Of a stretch of DNA of 54,914 bases, positions 1 to 13,471 are shown in pieces (position 1 is the stretch's first letter; every line of letters starts with the position of its first letter). The notes beneath the pieces are model-generated. The model did no database searches. It was not told the origin of the DNA and saw nothing but the letters and a program-made list of their open reading frames with translations. Source of the stretch: Octopus bimaculoides (taxonomy: Eukaryota); assembly GCF_001194135.2 (NCBI RefSeq), contig NC_068989.1:38996045-39050958 (forward strand). Direction: 5' to 3'. Both the position numbers and the translations under genes were made by a program.

Positions 1-184
1 CACACACAAACATATTGAGACATTACAATTGTATCTGATTCTTCAAGTTCTTCAGTTCTGTGTATGTACATATATTTACTAGATTGCAGACATTTATTAA
101 TGGGTTTCCTCATTTTGTTGATGTGCCATTTTGCTTCATTAATAAAACTGTTGGCATTTTTGCCAACATGGGTATGCTAATAAT

Positions 185-235
<51 letters not shown>

Positions 236-261
236 TCTTCCTCATCATTATTATTTAGGCT

Positions 262-545
262 TTAGAACCTAATGAACAGGGAGAAGTGTGTTGTTTAATT
301 GATGTTGCTTTCCTGTTTGATACTAGAATGGTAAACAAAGAATGCAAGAAATTAGAAATATAGTAGCCTTGGATGCTAAATTCACAGAATTTAGAATTGT
401 TGTAAATTGTTATTATTCCACTTGTAACAAGTGGCATGACACTTAAAATGTTTTGATTGAAGATGTTGGATATTGAACAGGATTTTCTGACGTTGCTCAC
501 TTGATACAATGGGCACCATTGATAGATGTTAGATACCCAAAGTTG
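262..545 (+). mobile_element. Degenerate R4/Dong-clade non-LTR retrotransposon, C-terminal RLE fragment
   Basis: Frame from 280 reads GEVCCLIDVAFLFDTRMVNKECKKLEI**...IVIIPLVTSG...LKMLDIE, then MGTIDR. Resembles the RLE tail CxLIDVACPFDTR..KE.EK..VPIVIGALG..LGTA.ILR. Lies about 30 bp after an (ATA)n tract. Confidence 0.6.
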
Positions 546-1100
546 AAGAAATCATAATTATCATCATCTTAAATTTTAATCTCCATTTTTCCATGCTTGC
601 ATGGGTCAAATAGAATCTATCGAGGTAGAGATTCTACAGCCAGATGCCCATGTTCTTTCCAAACTGTACTTGTTTCTAGACAAAGTAATATTTTTGCCAT
701 GGTCAAATATGTTTCCACAGAAAATTGGAAATGAATTATACTGCTTGTATGCCAAGGACACTCATTTACAGTTATCATGCCACACAAACACAAAACACAC
801 ACACACACATGCATGCACACACTTTTATCACTTAAGAAATTACATATTTTCTTCATATTTTACTCCATACCTTTGTCGTGTATTTTTTGTGCTCCAGATA
901 AATATATTTATATCAAGCCCAAGCAAGAAAGCAAGCTAACTCTGTTTATCTCCATAACTACCTCAATATCAGCCTGACCTGGATTTCTCTTATAGCCAAT
1001 TTTGTGAGTGCAGGCCTTGATGAAATATTTGAAGTTTAAATTTACATTCGTTTGAGCCCTATAATGTGTTTTCTATACTGAACACATCCAGCTCTCATCT

Positions 1101-1144
<44 letters not shown>

Positions 1145-1877
1145 TACATACACACACACACACAAGATATAAACTTCTTTCAGGTTCCATCAACCATATT
1201 CATTCACAAGCCTTTGGTTGGCTCAGTGCTATTGTATAAGACACTTGCCCAAGGTTCTACACGGTGAGACTGAATCTGAAACCATGAATTTGAAAGCAAA
1301 TTTTTTAGCCACACAGCCAAACCTATGCCTATATGTATTGATACCTAGCAATCCAATTCCAGCAGAACAACAATGGAATGCTGAGTGAAATAATGTTAAT
1401 AATAATAATTTCTTTCATAAGGACAAGGTCTCACCATGTCTCATATTTGGATGAGGAGTTTATAGTTGATTATTTTGGTCTCTATACTAGTCGTTCTTGG
1501 CACTCCATTTTATCTATCCTAAAAGGATGAAGAGCTTAGTTTACCTTGGTGAGATTTGAACTCAGAACTTAAAGAGCCGGAACAAATAGCACAGATAATT
1601 TTGTTTGATGCACTAATAAATCTGCAACTCCACCAATAATATGATGACGATTTTTAAATTAAGAACAAATCAACACATTTTATGAATAAGAATTAAGTTA
1701 ATTTTATTGACTCCAGTTTTTGACTCGAATTTATTAACCACCAAAACCAGGAAATGCAAGGATAAACCTGGTGGAATTTGAACTCAGAATGTAAAGTAGT
1801 ATAATTAGAAATTACAAAGCATTTTGTCTAGCATTCTACTGATTATAGCTCATTATCACATAATAATAATAATGATA

Positions 1878-2130
1878 ATCCTTTCTACTAAAGGCACAAG
1901 AACTGAAATTTGCTGGCAGAGGAAAAGTCGACTACATCATCCCCAGTGTTTCACTGGTACTTTATTTATCAACCCCCGACATTAAACCCAGAAACTCATT
2001 CTGAATCTCCCTCGAAAGGATGACAGGCAAAGTCAACCTTGGCGGAATTTGAACTCAGAACACGAAGACAGATGAAATACCGCTAAGCATTTTTTCCAGC
2101 ATGCTAATGATTCTACCAGTTCACAGCCTT
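1878..2130 (-). mobile_element. tRNA-headed SINE family B copy, embedded in (TAA)n
   Basis: Family sense strand: aagg..gagctggcagaa (A-box-like), gttctgagttcaaattcc (B-box-like), tail ...tagtagaaaggattattatt. (TAA)n on both flanks. Older partial copies at about 1400-1640, 1700-1860 and 3490-3700. Confidence 0.85.
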
Positions 2131-2170
<40 letters not shown>

Positions 2171-2494
2171 TCATCTACAACAATGCTGTTAGGTTGGCAA
2201 ACATTATGGAGACATCAATGCTAATGGACTAATGTTTATAACATTTATCAAAGGCTGATCACTTATGTCAGACATAGCTCCCCATCCACCTATCACCTCA
2301 GCTCTACGTTTTTGTCCCAACATCAATGGAAATTCAAAATAAATGGAAGAAATAGCAAAACAGTCCTTTACTTTCACATAATTGCTTTCCAATGAACAAC
2401 AGAAATTTTCATTGGAAATAGTCCTCTTCAGAGAGGAGTAGGTATAATTAATTGTATCAACCTCAGTATATGCTTGATTTTATCAGTATGTGAA

Positions 2495-2640
2495 GAGGTG
2501 TGGCCTAGAGAAAGGGATTAGAACTGTTGGCAAAAAACATTGGGCTTACAATCAGAAGTTTGTGGATTTGATTCCTAGACAGGATGGCATATTGTTTTCT
2601 TGAGCAAGGCAACCAAGTGCTGCTTCAACCCCCTGCCTTT
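2495..2640 (+). mobile_element. Possible third tRNA-headed SINE family (head plus cttgagcaaggc domain)
   Basis: gtggcctag A-box-like, gatttgattcc B-box-like, then ttcttgagcaaggc. Related fragment at about 11895-12040 (agcaaagcacttcatttt..gctccagtcaacacagct). Confidence 0.4.
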
Positions 2641-2859
2641 CCAGTTATCACAATCATGATATTATATTGGGTGATTAGTGGGAGAACCAAGCATGTGTCT
2701 ATGCTTACTAATAACTACATCAGCCCTAAAGCAAGTAATGAAAGCATGGTACTTGTTAAACAAGCCACACATGCTCTTCAGTGATGGCTGGTTATACTTT
2801 TAATCAAAAATGGAAGAATGAAAAGCAAAATTAATCCTTGTATGATTTGAATTCTGAAA

Positions 2860-3210
2860 GCAGGTGTGACTGTCTAGTAAGAATCTTGCTTTCAAACCAC
2901 ATAGTTCTGGGTTCAGTCCCACTGCATGACACTTTGGGCAAGGCTGACCAAAACCTTGTGCGTGAATTTGGAAGACCAAAACTGAAAGAAGCCCATCGTG
3001 TGTATATATGTGTTTGTGTGTGTGTGCGTGTGCATTAGTCCCCCACCTCTGCTTGACAACTGGTGTTGGTGCATTTATGTCCCCTGTAACTTAGCAGTTC
3101 AGCAAAAGAGACCAGTTGAATAAGTACTGGGGTTGATTCATTCAACTAAAAATCCTTGAAGGTGGTGCCCCAGCATGGCAGCAGTCAAATGACTGAAACA
3201 ATAAAAGATA
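2860..3210 (+). mobile_element. SINE family A copy
   Basis: Near full-length match to the reverse complement of 44739-45152, with an internal deletion. Confidence 0.85.
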
Positions 3211-3698
3211 ACTAAATGTTGCATAACCTTTTATCTCCCACAAGCCTGATCCTGCTAATCCACAACCCTTATTCATTTCTATTATTGGTATAAGGTCACA
3301 AATTTTAGGAGAGAGTATAGTTCATTTAATCAACTGCAGTACTTGACTGGAACTGTAATTTTATCTGCCTCAACTGGATGAAAGTCCTACCTGATCCCAG
3401 TAGATTTTGATCTCAGAACATAAAGACATGGAAAAAATACTGCAAGACATTTTGTTTGCTTTTCAAACAATTCTGCCAATCCACCATAACGATTTCTTAT
3501 ATAGGCACAAAGCCAGAAATTTTAGGTGTTGGGTTAGTCAATTAAATAGCAGCTCACATTTGGCTGGTAGATTACTGACCTCATGAGACTGAAAGGCAAA
3601 GTTAAGCTCAGTGAAATTTGAACTCAGAACATAAAGTGGCAGAAAAAATACTGTAAGGAATTTTATCCAATGCTCCAATAATTCTTCTATTACGATCC

Positions 3699-3733
<35 letters not shown>

Positions 3734-6700
3734 GATACTTCTGTACGATATTACTTATTGTAAATATGATTACGTTTGTCTTCTTGACTCCTTTAGTTTA
3801 TATGAAAGCTATAAAACTATATCCTTTAGATTTTTCTTCCTCTCTTCCACATTCAGGGAAATGTACTATTAATTTTACTACTTCTTTTTGAGTATTATTT
3901 CATTTTATGAAGACATTCGAATCATAACAATTTGATGGATAAGTTATGTCATTGCTAAGTGATTTCATGTCGTGAACCTCAGAAATATTCATGCACTGTA
4001 AAACGCACATACTTGTGCATACACATGCATATGCAGGGAAACATGTGCAAGCAAGCACACAGACAATACACATACACATATGCACAGGTGCACACATTTA
4101 CACACATAATCAAGCACAGATACACGAACTCACTCACACATACATATACTCACATGCATAGGATTGGCCTCTACATACACAGTCTCACACATATAAATGC
4201 ATACAGACATCACACACATACACACAAATGCAGTGACATTCAATTACTCTTTTTTTTTTTCTTTTTAGACATTTTCTTTACATTCTTTCTTCTTATTATA
4301 TTGAGATCTCTTCTCCTTCTTAGTTGTAAATTAACATCTATTGTTGACAGCTTGGTAATAAAGAATCAGGAAACTTAACCACTAGAAGAGCCAACAAGAG
4401 GGTAGGGTAGCCAGCATGAGAAAGTGGATGTAGAAGAAACGATCAATTGATAACTAAAAAAAAAATCAGTTTCTCCATCAGAAAGTTATTTAAAACATAA
4501 TAATTGCAGACATAGCTGAGTGGTTAAGAAGTTTACTTTTCACTCATGAGGAAGTTTATTTGACTTTGATGCATGGTATTCAGGGTAAGAGTTTTTAACA
4601 TAGCCTTGGGTTATCCTTGTGAAATTTGGTAAACAGAAAATGTGTGGATATAATTTGAAGTTCTAACCTGGTCACATATTGTATCATGCAATTCTGACTG
4701 AGAAGTGTATTGAGAGTATTCATGCTTGTGAAATACACAGCCACTTAGATTTTAATGTAAATAAATGAATAGACAATTCAGGTGTTCATACAACTGAATT
4801 AGCATAACTGATGGAGGATCTGTCTTCATTTAAAACAAAGAAAAAAATTGAATAAAGCAAAAGGATACTCAGAGTAACTTTAATGTAATTACCTTTATTT
4901 AACAAAAAACATTTTGTGTGAAGTTTTGTGAGTGAATTGTGCTGAGTGGATAAGAAGTTAGCTTCTCAACAATGTTTCAGGTTCAGTCCCATGGAATGAC
5001 ATCATAGGGATGTGTGTTTATGTGGGTTTATTCTACAGAAAATGAAAGAAGCCTATAGTGGATGTATGTGTGCACACCTACAGAGGTATGTGTGTGTGTT
5101 TTGTGTCTTCTTGTCATTATCATACACATTGTCCATTTCCAGTCTTCTGTGGATACATGTCCAGCTGTGGGGGAAGTATTTTGCTTTGAAACAGATGACT
5201 GTTGGTGACAAGAGCATCAGGCTGTTATCAATCTACTTCAACAATCATGGAAAAGCAAGTGTTCATTGATATATGATCTTAATGTATCAACATTGTGTTA
5301 TAAAATGCCCAAAACTTTAATTGATAACATATTGCTTTTAGTGTGGTTTGGCTGAAAGAGACAAAAGTTTTCAAACTCTTAACCAATATTGTTATATTTT
5401 ATTCTCAATGTTGATGAGGGCTGCATTACATAGTTGATCTTTGTACCCTATTTTCTTTCATATTGATGTAAATCAGTTCTGCTTGCTGATTGAAATACTT
5501 GGCAAGGACATCACAATACTTGAGCCAAAGCTGAAGAAGATGGGATAGTTCACAGTACTTTAAATGCCTAAAGAAAAGAACTCTAAGACTCTTGGCTGTC
5601 TTAGAGACAGTGTTTTACATCTCTCTACAGATAGGGCAGATTTCAGCATTGATTGACAGAAAATCTTGAAAAGACCTTGGATCTCACAGTACAAGGAGAA
5701 AGGCCCATAGAAAAAAAAAAACTTCATCTCAACTGGGGACATACAATACATACTCTACAAATTACACTGTTGAATCTAATATCATGTTGACTTTTAACAA
5801 GAGCACCTTGCTGTCTTCATCTCTCTTGTTTGTCATTCCATGTATTATAAGAAGAGAGAATATGATGGTACAACAATGTTGTGTTTGCTGTGCAACTGTT
5901 GCTGAGTAAGTTAAACCTATTGGCTATTTTTCAAGTGGAGAGCAAGCTGTTGAGTGCTGAGGTAGCTTCAGGAATGTGAAAGTTGAAAAAGCATCAGAAA
6001 ACCTCAGTACTGCAGATGTATAGTTCTTGCTAGAATTGAGTAAGTTCAGCACAAGTATTTTACTTCATCAGAAGAAAAATCACATTATCAAGTCTACTTT
6101 TTTACATATTTGCAGGTGCGATGCAATGGATTGAACCCCAAGCTCATGTGGTTCAAAAGCAAAATTCTTAACCACAAACCCATGCCTGTGTCTGTCTGTC
6201 TGTCTCTCTCTCTTTGTGTTTTTGTTTTTATTTTTTGCATTTACAATTCATTCTTTCACCTCAACCACGAGCTGGCATACACAGGTGCTTACAATTGTCA
6301 AGTATTGCCTCTAACATTTACTTTACCTATATATANNNNNNNNNNTATATATATATATATATATATATATATGAGGAGGGGCGTATGATATATGGGGAGT
6401 GAGGTATGATTCCATACTTTGTACCTTAGATCTATTCACACATTTAGAAATAAACCCATATACAAAAAAGAGAATGGTTGTGTTCGGAATAAAGTGATGT
6501 GTGGTGGGGTGTGTTGACAGAAATAATCCTAAAAGACCATTGAGAAATGTAAAACTAATAAAATAAACAGAATTATGCACAACAAATGACAAAACTGATA
6601 GTGAAAACCAAAGTAAAATGAAATAAAATGGTAAATAGAAAATGAATACTCCATAGATGTTTGTATCTATTTTTTAAAACTTTATTAGCTGGTGTATGTA

Positions 6701-7266
6701 ATTCATATCACACTGTGTGTATGTTTGTGTACAATATGTACACACACAAAACCTAATAGAAAAATATACTGCATACATAAAATGTATACACATGATAAAA
6801 AAATAAAAATAAAGTTTAAACATTGTAATGTATATATGTATGTTTTTAAATGAAAGATGACTTACGAGTGGAGTCGATCTGTTATATCTGGTCCATTAAT
6901 TATCGAAAACAGCAAACGAGCCTTATCAAATGACTAAACAAAGAAGTCATGCACGACTGCCAATTCAGTCCTTCAAGAAAACCAAACAACTGTTTGATTT
7001 AATCTTAGATACATTCTCATGTTCTTCTTTATCCTTTTCTTGAAACTGTCTTTCTCTTCATTTATAGAATTTTTGCTTTTATTTATTTATTTATTTTAAT
7101 TTCAATGACTCTTTTAATTTTCTGAATGATTATTTACCACATTTGAGAACAAATTAAACATAACAAACACAAAATTACTGTTTTTAATTCCACTAGCATT
7201 TTTATCATTATTATTTTTGCTATTGTTGTTATTACTATTATTTTTTGCTGTTGTTATTGTTATTAC

Positions 7267-7300
<34 letters not shown>

Positions 7301-7931
7301 GTTATTAATGTTAGTAATCTTAATTACCACATCTGCAACACAACTATAAACATGATAATATGCTGTTGAGTGTTACATTGATGTAAATCAAATAGTGTGA
7401 TAAAATAATTATATTAACCATTTGAAATATATACATACAACTATATTTTGTACAAGAGGTAAATGGAATAAGGTAGTGTGTTCTTGTTTAAAAGAAATGG
7501 ATAACCAACTGACAAGAAAATATAGTCCCTAAAACCTAACCATTCTCCTTTACACTAAGGCCATTTTTAGAGCTAGCTGAAGGTACCAAGCAACTTGGGC
7601 AGTCACCCAGGGTTCCTTGTTCAAGTCAAGCTCCTTGTTCAAGTCAAGCTCCTTGTTATGTGTTTGGAATCTTCCAAAATGCAATGGAAAAGTGGGAAAA
7701 TAATAAATGTAATAGAATAAAAAGAAAATGTGAAATTTCTCAAGCATATTTCAAAATGAGGAAGAAAGTGATTATTTAGAGAGGCCACAAGAACATTTAT
7801 CAAGTTTTCAGAAGTTTAAAATTATAAGGAAAAAATGAATTATATGTACAAGAAATTAAGGGTACTTTTGAAACTCCCTGTCATCAAGCCTATTTATAGA
7901 TATCTCTGTCTCTCTCTCTCCCCATCTCTCT

Positions 7932-8460
7932 AGTGGTGAGAAGCTTACTTCCCAACCACATGGTCCCACTATGTGACACCTGGAGTGTCTTCTACTTTAG
8001 CTTTAGGTCGACCAAAGTCTTGTGAGGAGATTTAGTAGACAGAAACTGAAAGAAACCTGTCGTTTGTGTGTCCTTGTGTCTGTGTTTGTCCCCACTACCA
8101 CCACCACCACCACCGTTTTACAACCATTGTTGGTGTGTTTGCATCCACATAAATTTGTAGTTCAGCAAAAGAGACCAATAGAATAAGTACTAGTCTTTAA
8201 AAAAAATAATTACCTGAGTTGATTCCTTTGATTAAAAAATTTTCAATGACTGAAACAAGAAAAAGTTAAAATATACATATCAGGCACAGACATAGCTCGT
8301 GTGGTTTAGAAATTTACTCCTCAGCCACATGGTTACAGGTTTAGTCCCATTGCACAGCACCTTGGACAAATGTCTTCCACTATAACCCCAGTCTGATTAA
8401 AGTTATGTAAGTTGATTTTATGGAATATGGAAGAAGCCCATTGTATATGTGTGTGTTCAC
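7932..8460 (+). mobile_element. Two tandem SINE family A copies (7932-8270; partial 8281-8460)
   Basis: Shared head (aaccacatgg..cccact..accttgg) and tail (gttcagcaaaagagacc..gactgaaacaa). Confidence 0.8.
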
Positions 8461-9469
8461 ACATTCTCTGAATATCACGAGACACAAGTGGTGTTGCCAT
8501 TTCTTCTGTCAACAAATCATACACCTGTTTTACACATTCAAAGACAAGTCAAATAAAAGATCAGTTACCTGGGAATCAAGTTAAGGGTTAGTTAGAGGAA
8601 AGACATTCTACTGTAATGCATTCATCTAACCCATACTTGCATGAAACAAATTAAGGTAAAATGGACAAACAAGGCAAAAGGAATACATTTCTTTCAGCAA
8701 TAGAATCAATGCAGGGAACAAAGATACTCTTTATGACTTTTCTTATTTAGTTATGTCTCTTTATGCTCATGGCATCTTAGTTGTTTCACCTCATGTGGTC
8801 AATAAAATAAGTATTGCAATGCAATACTAGGGTTGATATAATTGACTAAAACCTTGAAGGTGGTACCCCATAATGGCTTTTGTCCAATGACTAAAACTAA
8901 TAAAAGAATAAAAAAAGAAGGAAAACCCATGCCTTTTGAAGGAGGGTTGAATCTATTATATCTGCTTAAGCAGTTGATGAGGGCAGAGTGAAAGGTGAAG
9001 TTGATCTCAAGAAAATTTGAATGAAGAAGATACTTGGGAAATATTTAAATACTGGAATGCAAATGGTTTACTTTCACTCTGTCTTTTAAACTCTGTCATG
9101 AAGTTATTAGTAACATTCTAATTCCTACATTGATCATACATGCATCTGTAAATGCACATATACACACAAGCACATACACATAAATTGTTAGAAGTACAAA
9201 ACATATACCAATACTTATTACACATGGTATTATGGTGTAAGCATTACCTAATATAGAACTCAGTTCTTGGAGTGGAGTGGAGAGCAAGGTCTGTTATATC
9301 AAAAAATGACAATCTACCTGAGATTATGTAAATGTATGTGTATTACTCTATAAATGTATTGAGCATTCTATTTTTGTTCATGCAATATAATTTCTTATGT
9401 GTATCTGTATACTGATGTCATGTAACTGGCAAGTAGAAAGCAGCCTTCCATCATTGGGCTTCATGGAGA

Positions 9470-9695
9470 AAAAGTGGCTGGGCTCTTTTTCAGTGTTGGG
9501 CCTCATGGAGACAATGACCAAGACCTTTGGCATTATGTTGAGAAGAAGACCTATCAAGCCAAGTAAAATCGCAGTTGTGGCAGATACCTGTGTCATGCAA
9601 ATGGCACCCATGCAGGTGGCAAGTAAAAGTATCTATTACACTCTTGGTGTAGTTAGCGTTTGGAAGTGCATCCAGCTGTAGAAACTGCATCATCA
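9470..9695 (+). mobile_element. RTE LINE 3'-UTR fragment lacking its terminal tail
   Basis: Aligns with 27985-28284 and, reversed, with the 3' UTR of the RTE at 18342-18880 (gacctttggcattatgttg...catccagctgtagaaac). Confidence 0.75.
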
Positions 9696-9697
9696 CT

Positions 9698-10943
9698 GCC
9701 TATTTCAATCATCTTAAACTTCTTTTGAAATCAAAACTCAACTCATGGAACCTTGTAACTGCCATCAACATAGGGGAGGTTGCTGTAGTCTGCTGTAGTG
9801 TGCCCATCCTGAAATGGACACAAGCAGAGATTAACCAACTTGATCACACTACCCAAAAGACAATGACAATGTATGGTGCCCTATACCCTAAGGTGCATGT
9901 ACACAGGTTCTACATGAAGAGGGATAAAGGTCGACGTGGGCTGATTAGCATACAGGAATGCATCAACAGTGAAAGAAGAAACATGGCAGAATCTTTGGTA
10001 AACAGCAAACAAGACCTGCTACAGTATGCTGCTAATGCAGAAGGATTTAACAAAAGTGGACTTGAGTGTGCTCATAAATTCTGATCATGAACAGCCAACA
10101 AGAGAGAAGAAACCCAACAAATTAAAAGACCAGGAAACATCATGGAGGTGGCTTAACAAGGGTGACCTAAAAAAGAATGCTGAATGCCTAATCATCACTG
10201 CCCAGGACCAGGCATTGAACATCAAATCAGTGAAAAAGAGTATTTATCAGACAAGTGCAATGGACCTCAATAGAATATGTGGGAAGAGAGTCAAAAGCGT
10301 GACTCACATTTTTAGTGCTTGTGAAAGTCTTGTGCGGAAAGAGTACAAGTGTAGATACGACAAGGTAGTCCAAAACCTCCACTGGCTACTATGTTGTAAG
10401 TATGGATATGAGGTTATGGGTGCTTGGTACCAACATACACCTGAAAAGGTAATGGATGAAATGAGGAAGGCAAAAATCCTCTGGGACTTGGACTGCCAGA
10501 CAGACAAGGTATTAGAGCACTGAAGGCCGGATATAGTAACCTTTAGGAGGGACAAACAAGAGTGCCTAATAATTGATGTGGCAGTGCCAGGAGATCAACA
10601 TATCATCATGAAACAAAGATGGAGACCTGAGAATTGAGATTGCTCAGATGTCGCAGCTATGAAAATCAAACATAGAGGTTATCCCTATTGTCATTGGAGC
10701 ATTCGGTTCAATACCACCCAATCTGAAAAAAACATCTGAAAACCTTAGAAATACCCTACAATCTAGATGTATCACAAAAGTTGGCAGTACTTGGAACTGC
10801 ATGCATATTGTGTAAAGTACTGTCTCTCTGAGGTCTTTGTTGTGACTTGACAAAAAGTACAAACTCCGGTAGACACAATATCTTCAATCAACAACCTCAC
10901 GATATTGTGTACTGTGTGACGTCGACTATAATAAAAATAATAA
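9698..10943 (+). mobile_element. 5'-truncated, decayed R4/Dong-clade LINE (thumb, CCHC knuckle, PD-(D/E)xK RLE, 3' UTR, TAA tail)
   Basis: KSKLNSWNLVTAIN..WTQAEINQLD..RFYMKRDKGRRGLISI; SWRWLNKGDLK..LIITAQDQAL; RICGKRVKSVTHIFSAC; EYKCRYDKV..LHWLLC; KILWDLDCQTDKVLEH*RPDIV (PD at 10527-32); CLIIDVAVPGD. Contains stops and frameshifts; ends ataataaaaataataa. Confidence 0.9.
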
Positions 10944-11214
10944 CGAGCACTCAGAGTGCAAGCCTCCACCAAGGAAACACCAACGTCCTCTCAATGATTA
11001 GCCAGAGAAGATTTTTAAAATGAGAATACCTGAAAAAAACTTGACTGCTTTCACAAGCGAGAATACTAAAAATGAACCCAACCGCTCTCAAAAATTAAGC
11101 AAAATAATTTTCATCCAAATCCATCCAGCGGTTCTTCAGATATCTTGTCCATGGACAAACAAACAAGTAAATGCAGCTGAAAACAATACCTCCACCTTCG
11201 CTAAGTCAGAGGTA
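10944..11214 (-). mobile_element. Non-autonomous Helentron-like element (HINE/DINE-1 type), internally deleted copy
   Basis: Reverse-strand homolog of 48705-49077. Has the 5' foldback (tacctctgac...gtggaggta), 3' sub-terminal ccttggtggagg and 3' hairpin gcactc-t-gagtgc. Both flanks are TAA repeats. Confidence 0.7.
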
Positions 11215-13148
11215 ATAATAATAAAATATTACAAATGGTTTTGAAGTAGAAGTACTCCAATAGTATTTTAACTATTTCAACATGAGCAATAACCACTAGC
11301 TTTGTATACAGGGTCACATTGAAGAAATTTGAGAATGAACAACAAGACAGATGTCAGAAATATTTGAAATACAAATTAAAATAGAGACACAAACAATAAG
11401 AAATAATAACATTTAAAAGTTGAGAATAAATGTGATTCCTATATCTGGCTAGATGTCTTTTCCACTTTGCTGAATCGAGACAATAAAATCCACCAAGGAA
11501 CAGTTATCCTTCTGGGATATTACTTTCAATTGAGATGTCTCCTTTATCTTTTTACTTGGTTGCATCGCTGTAAAGTTGATAATCATGCAGTTAATATGAT
11601 TACTACTTTGGGGAATACCACTCTTCCAATCTACTGAATCTGTTATTTAACCAGCATTAATTCTTTGTTGATACTCCACAAGAGACCTGCATCGAGACAT
11701 TATCAAAACAACTTCTCATGTGTGGTGGTTGTAAAATATAATGATCATAGAGAAATATTAGTTAGTATAGAGTTAGGATACATAGCAGAGATGAAGTAGC
11801 TTGGATTATAAAAAGACAATTTTTATTTGATGCAGTTCTAAAGTTTGATTTTTTTTTTATACCTTTTATATGTAGTAATAGTGAAAGCTTGTATCTTAGA
11901 GTTAGTGTGTTTGACTCATGGTTCAATTCTTAGCCTTGAAATCATTTCCTGAATTGAGTAATATGTGAAATTTTTTAGCAAAGCACTTCATTTTGCAATG
12001 CTCCAGTCAACACAGCTCTAATGAGCATCACTCAGATGCTGGTGCTGCCCTCTCTCCTTTCAGCTATCACAACCTCAGTGTTCTGCTGAGTGAAGAGTGG
12101 GAGAGCCAAGTGGAGTTCTTACGTTTGCTCATAACTACATAGGCACCTAAAATAATTAGCAAATACATGGTACATTCTACCAAGTTATACTCACATGTGA
12201 TAGGTAGGTGTATAGTACTTATTTGACCATTCCTGGTAGGCAAACTTGTGATCAAAGGCATTTTACCCATGATGAAATTGTTCTGTTTCTTACTTTATTA
12301 GGCTGTCTATACCCATATCAAAATTCCCAGTATCCCATTTAAAAGTAACTGGATGGGAACTGAAAATAATTTGACTGCTATTTTCTGTGAGGTTGATGCT
12401 CCCTTGTTACCTTGTCCCATTAAAGTAGTATTAAAGTAGTACAATACCTAACTCATTATTGATTACACACACAATCAAACAAACATATTTTTACATACAT
12501 ACACGTGTTACATACATATACACATACATAGTAGGCATGCAAAAGTAGTGTTGTGAATTAAACAAACCTTCAGAACAGTTTAAATATGAGCTAAAATATG
12601 ATTGGAACATATTTGACCTGTAAAATGTCATTTTCATTTATAGTTTGTCATTGAGAAGAATTCTTACTTTAGGCAACAGGTGTTAAAATGCCAACAGTCA
12701 TTTCAAGGTGCCCTCTGTGGACCAATACATGTATTCCAAGCTCTTAGGTATTATCAACATTGGTTTAAAACATATATATATATATATATATATATTTACA
12801 CCTACATACATAAATACATACACACACATATACATGTATGTTTATGTATGTATATATATATATGTATATACTTACATAGATAGATAAATGCATACACACA
12901 TGTATGTATGTAGGTAGGTAGGTAGGTGTGTGTGTATTTATATATATATATATATACATACATACACACATACAAACACACACGTATACATGCATACATT
13001 AATACACAAACACACACAGCCTTTTCATCTAGACATGGTCTAGATTCAAAGAAGTATTTGAAAGGATAAAATATACAATTTTTATAAATTCATGCATGAA
13101 TAAGTTCCAAAATTATATATATATGTATGTATATATATATATATATAT

Positions 13149-13346
13149 NNNNNNNNNNNNNNNNNNNNNNNNNNNNNNNNNNNNNNNNNNNNNNNNNNNN
13201 NNNNNNNNNNNNNNNNNNNNNNNNNNNNNNNNNNNNNNNNNNNNNNNNNNNNNNNNNNNNNNNNNNNNNNNNNNNNNNNNNNNNNNNNNNNNNNNNNNNN
13301 NNNNNNNNNNNNNNNNNNNNNNNNNNNNNNNNNNNNNNNNNNNNNN
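13149..13346. other. Assembly gap (198 N)
   Basis: N run; a 10-N gap also occurs at 6336-6345. Confidence 1.
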
Positions 13347-13403
13347 CACCAGTCCTCAGTCAAATCGTCCAACCCATGCTAGCATGGAAAGCGGACGTTA
13401 AAC

Positions 13404-13437
<34 letters not shown>
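13347..13437 (+). mobile_element. RTE-type 3' tail with (GAT)n, young copy abutting an N gap
   Basis: cgtccaacccatgctagcatggaaagcggacgttaaacgatgatg. The same end occurs reversed at 54870-54914; older versions at about 31239-31487, 38455-38528 and 46855-47065. Confidence 0.8.

Positions 13438-13471
<34 letters not shown>

Noticed and set aside
1878-2130. SINE family B as the non-autonomous partner of the R4/Dong LINE
   Set aside because: No shared 3' sequence with 10830-10943, and its sense-strand tail is (ATT)n whereas the R4 tail is (TAA)n.
7450-7881. Tc1/mariner-like relic (end resembles acttttgaaactccctgt)
   Set aside because: No matching opposite TIR or TA TSD and no convincing DDE motif.
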